In this document: one piece after another, positions 26,383-34,059 of the stretch
Layout: each line of letters begins with the position of its first letter
Position numbering within the stretch: the first letter of the stretch is position 1
Assembly (NCBI GenBank): GCA_041905595.1
Contig: JAYRKT010000023.1
Location: forward strand, 3,525 to 67,524
Origin: Rhodobacter sp.
GTDB taxonomy: Bacteria > Pseudomonadota > Alphaproteobacteria > Rhodobacterales > Rhodobacteraceae
DNA length: 64,000 nucleotides
Reading direction: 5' to 3'
The notes under the pieces: generated by a model
Databases searched by the model: none
What the model was told of the DNA's origin: nothing
Seen by the model: the letters and a program-made list of their open reading frames with translations, nothing else
Program-made: the position numbers and the translations under genes

Positions 26383-28029
26383 TCAGCCGAGTTTGACATT
26401 GTCGATCCCCACGATGCGGTCATAGACCCAGTAGAGCACCAGAACCACGACCAGCAGCAGCGAGCCGAGCGCGGCGGCCAGTCCCCAGTTCAGCGAGGTG
26501 CCGATGTGATAGGCGATGCGGTTCGAGATGAACACGCCCTTCGCCCCGCCGACGAGTTCGGGCGTGATGTAATAGCCGATGGCGAGGATGAAGACGAGGA
26601 TCGAACCCGCGCCGATCCCTGGAATGCTCTGTGGGAAGTAGACGCGCCAGAACGCCGTCCAGTCCGTCGCGCCAAGCGACTTGGCGGCCCGCAGATAGGA
26701 CGGCGGGATCGTCTTCATCACCGAGTACAGCGGCAGGATCATGAACGGCAGCAGGATATGCGTCATCGCGATGATCGTGCCGGTCTGGTTGTTGATGAGG
26801 ACAAGGCGGTTGTCGTCGGCCACCAGCCCGGCCCAGACAAGAAGATCGTTGATGACCCCCTGCTGTTGCAGGAGCACCTTCCACGCGCTCGTGCGTACCA
26901 GAAGCGAGGTCCAGAACGGCAGCAGCACCAGGATCATCAGCAGGTTGGCCGTGCGCGGCGCCAGGTTCGCCAGTAGCCATGCCACCGGATAGCCCAGCAG
27001 GATGCAGGTGCCTGTGATCGCCAGCGAAAGGATCATCGTGCGCAGGAACAGCATCAGATAGACGCGTTCGGACTCCGCGCGCGGGGCGATGCCATCCGCT
27101 GTCATCTTCAGGTCGACAGCGTTGAGGAAGTAGCCAGAGGTGAAGCGCGGGCTAAAGACCTTGATGATCGACCAAGGCTGCGGCGTCGCCCAGGCCTTGT
27201 CGCTTTCCGTGAAAGCGGCAGTGAAATTGGCTGCGGGGATCGTTCCCGCCTGCTCCGCCGCGACAATCGCCGAAAGGGCGGGCTGCCATTCCGCCCCGAA
27301 GGCGCCGGCTGCCGAGGGATTGGCCTTCAGATCCTCGGTCAGGCCGACGGCGACGGTGTTCCACGGGCGCTTTTCGGTCGGGCTGTCATTCTTCACCGTC
27401 TGCATGACGCGGGCAAAATCGGCGAAGGCGGCGGATGTCAGCGGCAGGTTGTCCCGCGCTGCGGGTGACAGCACGAAGGGCGGCTCGGCGGTCTTGCCGC
27501 CTGCCTTGTCCCAGTCGGCCTGCGCCGAAACCCAGGCAGGATCGCCCAGCAGTTTGGTCCAGGTAGTCGGCGCGTCCCAAATGGCGTCGACCGCGACCAG
27601 CGCCTTGGCGACATCCTCGCCCATGTCGTCCACATCCCGGCCAGTCCCGCGCAACAGCGACGAAAATCCCGAGTCCTCGTAGTTCAGTCGGGTGCCAAGC
27701 TGGGTATGGGTCTTTTCCGCCACCGCGATCAGAAGATCGGAGGCAAGCGCACGATAGACGGGTTCTTCCGGCGGGGTGCCGGACTCGGCGTTCCAGTTTG
27801 CCAGGGCCACAACGGTGCGCGGCAGGGTGTCGGCCACGATGTCATTCTGGACCGAGCGGAACAGCATGTCCCCGATCGGGGCAATGAAGGTGACGAGGAC
27901 GAAAATCAGAAGCGGCGCGATCAGCAGGAAGGCACGCAACTTCTGCCGGCGAAGCGCGCGGTTCAGGCTTTGCTTCAGCGGTGTTCCATCCGCCGCAAGC
28001 ATCGGGCCGTTTGCTGTCTGATCCGTCAT
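26383..28029 (-). CDS. Pot-type ABC transporter permease (PotB-like) with large periplasmic insertion
   Basis: LLPFWTSLLVRTSAW, THILLPFMILPLYSVM, AAKSLGA, YYITPELVGG; 548 aa. Confidence 0.92.
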   Translation of the reverse strand: MTDQTANGPMLAADGTPLKQSLNRALRRQKLRAFLLIAPLLIFVLVTFIAPIGDMLFRSVQNDIVADTLPRTVVALANWNAESGTPPEEPVYRALASDLLIAVAEKTHTQLGTRLNYEDSGFSSLLRGTGRDVDDMGEDVAKALVAVDAIWDAPTTWTKLLGDPAWVSAQADWDKAGGKTAEPPFVLSPAARDNLPLTSAAFADFARVMQTVKNDSPTEKRPWNTVAVGLTEDLKANPSAAGAFGAEWQPALSAIVAAEQAGTIPAANFTAAFTESDKAWATPQPWSIIKVFSPRFTSGYFLNAVDLKMTADGIAPRAESERVYLMLFLRTMILSLAITGTCILLGYPVAWLLANLAPRTANLLMILVLLPFWTSLLVRTSAWKVLLQQQGVINDLLVWAGLVADDNRLVLINNQTGTIIAMTHILLPFMILPLYSVMKTIPPSYLRAAKSLGATDWTAFWRVYFPQSIPGIGAGSILVFILAIGYYITPELVGGAKGVFISNRIAYHIGTSLNWGLAAALGSLLLVVVLVLYWVYDRIVGIDNVKLG

Positions 28030-28047
28030 TCGTCGTCCCCGCAGTCA

Positions 28048-28073
28048 GGGGACGGGACTTTCGCCCCGCCCCC
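28048..28073 (-). other. Intercistronic mRNA hairpin after the SBP gene
   Basis: On the transcribed strand GGGGGCGGGGC-GAAA-GUCCCGUCCCC: 11 bp with 2 G-U pairs and a GAAA tetraloop. Confidence 0.55.
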
Positions 28074-28087
28074 ATTACGTTCCAGGC

Positions 28088-29227
28088 TTACTTCGACAGC
28101 CAGTTCTGGAAAGCCACTTCGACCGCGTCCTGGTTGTCCGCCCACCATTCGATGTTGTTCACCAGATAGTTCTTCTGGTTTGCGGGGTTGGTGGGCATGA
28201 AGGGCGCCATTTCGATGCCGAGTGTTGCGTGCTTCGACACCAGCGGCTGCGACGAGGCGCGGGCCGGGCCGTACGAGATATACTTGGCCTGATCCGCCAG
28301 ACGCTGCGTGTCGGTGGCGAAGTTCAGGAAGTGCATCACGCGGTTCTTCTGGGCTTCGTCCAGGCCCTTGGGAACAACCCAACCGTCGAAGTCAAACACT
28401 TCCCAGTCCCACAGCATGGCGATGGGCTGCTTCTGCTCGACGATGGCCGAGAACAGGCGGCCGTTATAGGTCGATCCCATCACGACTTCGCCATCAGCCA
28501 GAAGCTGCGGGGTTTCGGCGCCGGCCGACCACCACACGACATGATCCTTGATGGTGTCGAGCTTGGCGAGGGCGCGGTCCACGCCCTCTTTCGTGGAGAG
28601 CACGGTGTAAAGCTCATCCTTCGAGACGCCGTCACACAGGAGCGCCCATTCGAGGTTCTTCTTCGGACGCTTTTCCAGCGCGCGCATTCCAGGGAAGGTC
28701 TGGAGATCGAAGATCGCGCAGAGGTCTTCCGGAACCTTGCCATTCCATTCCTTGACGTCGGTGCGATAGCCGAAGGTGGTCGAGAACACGATCTGCGGCA
28801 CGAAGCATTCGTTGATCATCGCCGCGCCGAAGTCCTTCGAAGCGGGGGTGCCGTCGGGGGCGGCGGCAAGGTCCTTATCGAAGTCGATTTCCTCGGCCAG
28901 GCCTTCATCGCAGGCGCGCTGGCTGTCGGGGCCTTCAACATCGACCAGGCTGTAGGTCATGTTGCCGGCTTCCGACGCGGCGCGCATCTTGGCGATGGCT
29001 TCGTTCGAGCCTTCGTCCCAGGTGATCTTGACGCCGGTCAACTTGGAATAGGGCTCGGCATAGGCCGCGACCTGCGAGGCCTGGTAGGCGCCGCCCCAGG
29101 ACATCAGGACCATCGAGTCAGAGCAATTGTCGCAAGGCGGCAGATCCTCGGCAAATGCAACGCCGGCGCCAAGCGGCAGCATCGCCAGCGCGGTTGCACT
29201 GAGAAGGGATTTGAGTGTCATTGTCAT
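28088..29227 (-). CDS. Polyamine/opine-type ABC transporter substrate-binding protein (PotD/PotF-like)
   Basis: Signal peptide; LMSWGGAYQASQ, WWSAGAETPQLLADGEV, YNGRLF, FATDTQRLADQAKYISYGP. Confidence 0.9.
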   Translation of the reverse strand: MTMTLKSLLSATALAMLPLGAGVAFAEDLPPCDNCSDSMVLMSWGGAYQASQVAAYAEPYSKLTGVKITWDEGSNEAIAKMRAASEAGNMTYSLVDVEGPDSQRACDEGLAEEIDFDKDLAAAPDGTPASKDFGAAMINECFVPQIVFSTTFGYRTDVKEWNGKVPEDLCAIFDLQTFPGMRALEKRPKKNLEWALLCDGVSKDELYTVLSTKEGVDRALAKLDTIKDHVVWWSAGAETPQLLADGEVVMGSTYNGRLFSAIVEQKQPIAMLWDWEVFDFDGWVVPKGLDEAQKNRVMHFLNFATDTQRLADQAKYISYGPARASSQPLVSKHATLGIEMAPFMPTNPANQKNYLVNNIEWWADNQDAVEVAFQNWLSK

Positions 29228-29269
29228 ACTCCCGGTTGTTATTTTGGTTTTTCTTGCCCTTGCGGGCCT

Positions 29270-30361
29270 CTACGGCGCGTCGAGCGCGCGGCAGTCTTCT
29301 GGCAGCCAGCCGATCTCGATGATCTCGCCGGGCTTGTTGCGGATCTGATCGGGGGCATTGCGGGTCTTGATGACGAAATCGTCGTGTCCGGCGACCTTCA
29401 GGCGCGTTCGGAAGATGTCGCCCATATAAATGAACTCGACCACCTCGGCCTTCAGCGTATGCACCCCCGGACGAAGCCGCGCCTTGTTGGTTTCGACGCG
29501 CTCGGGGCGGATCGAAACCTGTGTGCGATCACCGACCTTCGAGACGTTCACCGGCTTGGCGTCGATGATGTCGCCCGAGTCGAGTCGGACGACACAGGTG
29601 TCACCCTTGATCTCAGTCACGGTGCCCATCAGACGGTTGTTCTCGCCAATGAACTGCGCGACGAAGCTGTTGACGGGGGCCTCGTAGAGTTCGGAAGGCG
29701 GGGCCAGTTGCTGGATGCGCCCGTCGTTGAACACCGCGACCCGGTCGGACATGGTCAGCGCCTCGGTCTGGTCATGGGTGACATAGACCGTGGTGATGCC
29801 CAGCTCGTGGGCAAGCCGCGTGATCTCGAACTGCATATGTTCGCGAAGCTGCTTGTCCAACGCGCCAAGGGGTTCGTCCATCAGGACGAGCTCCGGCTCG
29901 AACACCAGCGCGCGGGCCAATGCGACACGCTGCTGCTGACCGCCAGAAAGCTGCGACGGGCGCCTACCGGCAAAGCCACCCATCTGCACCATGTCCAGCG
30001 CGCGCTTGACCTTTTGATCGCGTACCGCCTTGTCGAGCTTGCGCACCTCGAGCGGGAAGGCGAGGTTTTCGGCGACCGTCATGTGGGGGAAAAGCGCGTA
30101 GTTCTGGAACACCATTCCGATGCCGCGCTTGTGGGGTGGAACGGTATTGATGTTGCGCCCGTTCAGGCGAATCTCGCCGTGCGTTGCCGTTTCGAAGCCC
30201 GCGAGCATCATCAGGCAGGTCGTCTTGCCCGAGCCTGACGGGCCGAGCATCGTCAGAAACTCTCCCTTCGGCAGGGAAAGGTTCAAATCCTTCACGACGA
30301 GCGTCACACCGTCGTAGCTTTTTTGAACTCGGTCGAAAACGACGAACGCATCGTTCGCCAT
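29270..30361 (-). CDS. Pot-type ABC transporter ATP-binding protein (PotA-like)
   Basis: GPSGSGKT, VFQNYALFPHMTVAENL, LSGGQQQRVALAR, MDEPLGALDKQLRE, TOBE C-terminus. Start at ATG 30361 (30376 also possible). Confidence 0.93.
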   Translation of the reverse strand: MANDAFVVFDRVQKSYDGVTLVVKDLNLSLPKGEFLTMLGPSGSGKTTCLMMLAGFETATHGEIRLNGRNINTVPPHKRGIGMVFQNYALFPHMTVAENLAFPLEVRKLDKAVRDQKVKRALDMVQMGGFAGRRPSQLSGGQQQRVALARALVFEPELVLMDEPLGALDKQLREHMQFEITRLAHELGITTVYVTHDQTEALTMSDRVAVFNDGRIQQLAPPSELYEAPVNSFVAQFIGENNRLMGTVTEIKGDTCVVRLDSGDIIDAKPVNVSKVGDRTQVSIRPERVETNKARLRPGVHTLKAEVVEFIYMGDIFRTRLKVAGHDDFVIKTRNAPDQIRNKPGEIIEIGWLPEDCRALDAP

Positions 30362-30456
30362 CGCCCCTTCAGCCATACGCGCATCCCCGTTGCGGTTGCC
30401 CCCTTGTCGGACCGAGCGGCACGCTGCCCAGCCGCCGCCTGTTCTCAAGCGAGGGT

Positions 30457-31677
30457 TCAGTTCTTGAATGGCAGGATAAGATGGTCGGGTCCATAGGGAA
30501 ATCCGGTGATGTTCCGATTGCCGTCTTCGGTGATGACGAGGATGTCATGCTCGCGGTAGCCGCCCGCACCCGGTAGATGGTTGGGAATGGTGATCATGGG
30601 TTCCATCGACACGACCATGCCCGGTTCAAGCACAGTCTCGCAGTCTTCGCGAAGCTCCAGCCCGGCCTCGCGGCCGTAGTAGTGGCAGAGAACTCCGAAG
30701 GAGTGGCCATAGCCGAAACTGCGGTACTGCAAGAGATTTTCCGCGGCATACATCTCGTTCAACTCGCGTGCCACGTCGCAGCAGCGGTTGCCCGGCACCA
30801 GAAGTTCCTTGCCGCGGTCATGGACCCTGCAATTGAACTCCCACAGCCGCAGGTGTTCGTCGGTCGGCTGGCCCGCGAACATCGTGCGCTCCAGCGCGAC
30901 ATAGTATCCCGCGACCATCGGGAAGCAGTTCAGCGACAGGATGTCGCCCTGCTCAATCCTGCGGCTTGTGACCGGATTATGGGCACCGTCAGTATTGATC
31001 CCCGACTGGAACCAGGTCCAGGTATCGAGCAGTTCGCCATGCGGCCATATCTTGGCGATCTCGCGCACCATCGTCGCGGTCGAATGGAGCGCCACCTCGT
31101 GTTCGGGCGTCCCAACCGTGGCCGCCTCGGCGCAGGCGGCGCCCCCGATATCGGCGATACGGGTCATCTTCTCGATATGCGAGATCTCGGCAGCAGACTT
31201 GATCATGCGCTGACGCATCGCCCCTTGGGCAATGTCGACGAATTCCACCGAGGGGAATTCCGACTTGAGCAAGGCGAGGGTGTCGATGCTGATGTGATCG
31301 AATTCGATTCCAAGCCGGCGTACGCCCGGGATCAGACCACGGACGGCATGAAAGTAGTTGTCCTTCTGCCAGTCTGTGTAGGTGATGTTGCGCCCGCCGA
31401 AGGTCCGACGCCACGGCTGGCCGCCGTCGATGCCGGCGCTGATCGACGTGGTCTTGTCATGGTCGACGACAAGGCCATAGCGGCGCCCGAAGTAGCAATA
31501 CAGGAAGTCACTGTAATAATTGATGTTATGGTACGAGGTGAACAGCGCTGCGTCGATCCCGCTGTCGGCCATGTGGCGACGGATCGCTGATAGCCGCCGC
31601 TCCATCTCGCTGGCAGGAAAGGTTGGCGTAACGGCAGTTCCGTTGCCCACATAATCCTGAAGCCGTTCGCGCTGCAT
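30457..31677 (-). CDS. Creatinase (creatine amidinohydrolase, M24 fold)
   Basis: Long stretches match the Pseudomonas putida creatinase as recalled: FTSYHNINYYSDFLYC, IDGGQPWRR, YTDWQKDNY, TWTWFQSGINTDGAHNPVT, GYGHSFG, HYYGREAGLELRED, GGYREHDIL, FPYGP. Confidence 0.92.
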   Translation of the reverse strand: MQRERLQDYVGNGTAVTPTFPASEMERRLSAIRRHMADSGIDAALFTSYHNINYYSDFLYCYFGRRYGLVVDHDKTTSISAGIDGGQPWRRTFGGRNITYTDWQKDNYFHAVRGLIPGVRRLGIEFDHISIDTLALLKSEFPSVEFVDIAQGAMRQRMIKSAAEISHIEKMTRIADIGGAACAEAATVGTPEHEVALHSTATMVREIAKIWPHGELLDTWTWFQSGINTDGAHNPVTSRRIEQGDILSLNCFPMVAGYYVALERTMFAGQPTDEHLRLWEFNCRVHDRGKELLVPGNRCCDVARELNEMYAAENLLQYRSFGYGHSFGVLCHYYGREAGLELREDCETVLEPGMVVSMEPMITIPNHLPGAGGYREHDILVITEDGNRNITGFPYGPDHLILPFKN

Positions 31678-31747
31678 CTGCCCTCTCCTGAACCACGATT
31701 TCCAGCGTCGAACCTGCGGCCAGTTTCATGGCTTGTCAAAAGACCGA

Positions 31748-31775
31748 TTCTCATGTCGGGATGAGAAAAACTAAT
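31748..31775. promoter_or_regulatory. Putative GcvA-type LysR box
   Basis: ATGAG-AAAAA-CTAAT (T-N11-A, ending in the GcvA-type CTAAT) overlapping the perfect dyad TTCTCAT-GTCGGG-ATGAGAA. Confidence 0.55.
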
Positions 31776-31785
31776 AGGGTGCCGC

Positions 31786-32679
31786 ATGACCCAAGCTCCG
31801 CTCAATGCGCTCCGGGCATTTGACGCCGTCGTCAGGGCCGGTTCGTTCAAGTCGGCGGCCGAGATGCTGTTCGTCACGCAATCGGCCGTAAGCCATCAGG
31901 TCCGCCATCTCGAGGACTGGCTCGGCCGGTCGCTGTTCGATCGCTCGGGCCCGCGCCCCCGGCTTCTGCCGGAAGGGGAGGAATTGGCCCGGACGCTGGC
32001 CCTGTCATTCGACGGAATCGAGGCCGCCTGCCTGCGCCTGCGACGCGCGTCCGAAGAACCTCGCCTGGTAATCGCGGCAATCCCCTCTGTCGCGCTCTGC
32101 TGGCTCATTCCAAGGCTCGCGGGATTTCGTGCCGCCCATCCGGACGTCGCAACGCGGATCGTCTATGCCTTCCACCGGCAGGAGATCGACTTTTCCGATG
32201 TCGATCTTGCTTTCATCTATGCCCCCCAAAACGCGGTTGCCGAGGGGCACGTCCAGGCCGAGCTGTTTTTTCCGGGGACCAGCGTTCCAGTGAGCAGCCC
32301 GAAGCTTGCGACTGGTCCGGTCGAACCTGAGGCAATGGCCCGCATGACGCTTCTTCACGACACCGACGGTGCAGAATGGCTCGATTGGTTCCGTCAGGCG
32401 GGCGTCGAGGGACTGGTTCTGCCGGAAGGGCCGGCCTTTCAGGATTTCAACCTGCTGCGTGCGGCGGCGCTGGCAGGCCAAGGCGTGGCGCTTTGCCCCT
32501 ACGCCATGATCCGCGACGACCTTCTGGCCGGGCGGCTCAGCCAGCTTTCGTCAGTCACCGCGAATCCAGAGAGCGGCTACTATCTCGTCCGCTCGTCTGC
32601 CACCGGGCGTCACGACGCCGCAATCCGGGCCTTCCGCGACTGGGCCTTCGCCGAACGCGAAAACAGTCTGAGTGTGTGA
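31786..32679 (+). CDS. LysR family regulator, GcvA-like
   Basis: PLNALRAFDAVVRAGSFKSAAEMLFVTQSAVSHQVRHLEDWLG, WLIPRLAGF, AALAGQGVAL. Divergent from creatinase. Confidence 0.92.
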   Translation: MTQAPLNALRAFDAVVRAGSFKSAAEMLFVTQSAVSHQVRHLEDWLGRSLFDRSGPRPRLLPEGEELARTLALSFDGIEAACLRLRRASEEPRLVIAAIPSVALCWLIPRLAGFRAAHPDVATRIVYAFHRQEIDFSDVDLAFIYAPQNAVAEGHVQAELFFPGTSVPVSSPKLATGPVEPEAMARMTLLHDTDGAEWLDWFRQAGVEGLVLPEGPAFQDFNLLRAAALAGQGVALCPYAMIRDDLLAGRLSQLSSVTANPESGYYLVRSSATGRHDAAIRAFRDWAFAERENSLSV

Positions 32680-32735
32680 GCCCTCGCCCCAGACGTCTCC
32701 GGGCTGATCACCGTTTTCGCCGGCCCGATTGCCGA

Positions 32736-34058
32736 TCAGGGGGATGGCGGGGCGTCAGGCCCGCTTTTCCTTGGCTCGCGGACCGGAAGCATGAACAGGA
32801 ACCCGAGCACGAAGGAAACCGCGACAACCGCAATCCCGGCCTTCTGGTTCTGGGTCGCGAGCGTCACCCACCCCACCAAAGCCGACCCCAAAGGCCCGGT
32901 GGCGCGTCCAGCCAGCGCGTAGAGGCCGAAGTATTTCGTGACCATGTCGGGCGGGGCAAGACGCGACATCAGGCTGCGCCCCGACGCCTGCACTGGACCG
33001 AAGAACACCCCGAGGATGCAGGACGCGATCCAGAACGCCCGTTGCGAGTCAAGGAAAGCGATCGAAAGCGACACTGCGGCAAGCGCAACGATCGACACCA
33101 TGACCACTGGCTTGGCCCCGATCCAGTCGTCGATCCAGCCAAACACAAATGCGCCGGTTCCGGCGGCGACGTAAATCGAGACCCCGAAAAACAGCATCTG
33201 CGTATCGCTGAACCCGAAGGCACCCTTGGCTACGAGAGGCCCGAAGATGAAGATCGAGTTCACCCCGTCGGCAAAGAACATGTGGGCCAGCAGCAGCCAA
33301 GCGATCGAAGGAGTCTTGGGCAGTTTGCGGATCGTCTGCCAGATGTCCGCCAGGCCCTTCCTTACGATGGTGGCAGCGCGTTCCGGCGAAGGCCGCTCCT
33401 TTGGGCCAAGCAGGACCAGCGGCGCGCCGAAGACCAGAAACCACAGCGCGCTGACCGGGCTGGACAGGCGTGACGGCTCGGCCTGGGCCGGGTCGAGGCC
33501 CAGAAGCGGCGGATCGGGGATCACCAGCAGGACGTAAACGAGCGCGATCGACGCAAGACCGCCGAAATAGCCGGCGGCCCAGCCCATCCCCGACACGCGC
33601 CCGCGCTTTTCCGCCGGCGCCACGTCGGTCAGCAGCGCGTTGTAGAAGACATATCCCAGCTCGAACCCGGCATTTGACACGGCAAGCAGGACCAAGGCGA
33701 GCGTCAGCGAGGATGGCTCCGGTCGGACCCACCACATGGCACCGGTCGCGACGATGGCGACCAGCGAGCAGACGGCCAGCCAGGTCCTTCGCCGACCGCT
33801 CTGGTCTGCCAACGCCCCAAGCATCGGGCTGAGAAGGGCAACGCCGATCGCCGAGATCGAAATCGCGAAACCCCATTTCGCCTGCCCATGCACCGGATCG
33901 TCGGCAACACGGGAAAGGAAGTAGGGCGCAAAGACGAACGACAGCACAACAGCGCCGTAGGCGGAGTTTGCCCAGTCATACATGCACCAGTAGAGGATTT
34001 GCCGGCGGCTGCCCGTCACGGGCCCGGCCTTCGCGGAGAGCGTGGATACCTCTGCCAT
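32736..34058 (-). CDS. MFS transporter (UMF1/BtlA/Atg22-like)
   Basis: WCMYDWANSAY, SPMLGALADQSGRR, FYNALL, RVSGMGWAAGYFGG, QASGRSLMSRLAP, YFGLYALAGRA. Confidence 0.9.
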   Translation of the reverse strand: MAEVSTLSAKAGPVTGSRRQILYWCMYDWANSAYGAVVLSFVFAPYFLSRVADDPVHGQAKWGFAISISAIGVALLSPMLGALADQSGRRRTWLAVCSLVAIVATGAMWWVRPEPSSLTLALVLLAVSNAGFELGYVFYNALLTDVAPAEKRGRVSGMGWAAGYFGGLASIALVYVLLVIPDPPLLGLDPAQAEPSRLSSPVSALWFLVFGAPLVLLGPKERPSPERAATIVRKGLADIWQTIRKLPKTPSIAWLLLAHMFFADGVNSIFIFGPLVAKGAFGFSDTQMLFFGVSIYVAAGTGAFVFGWIDDWIGAKPVVMVSIVALAAVSLSIAFLDSQRAFWIASCILGVFFGPVQASGRSLMSRLAPPDMVTKYFGLYALAGRATGPLGSALVGWVTLATQNQKAGIAVVAVSFVLGFLFMLPVREPRKSGPDAPPSP

Positions 34059-34059
34059 C

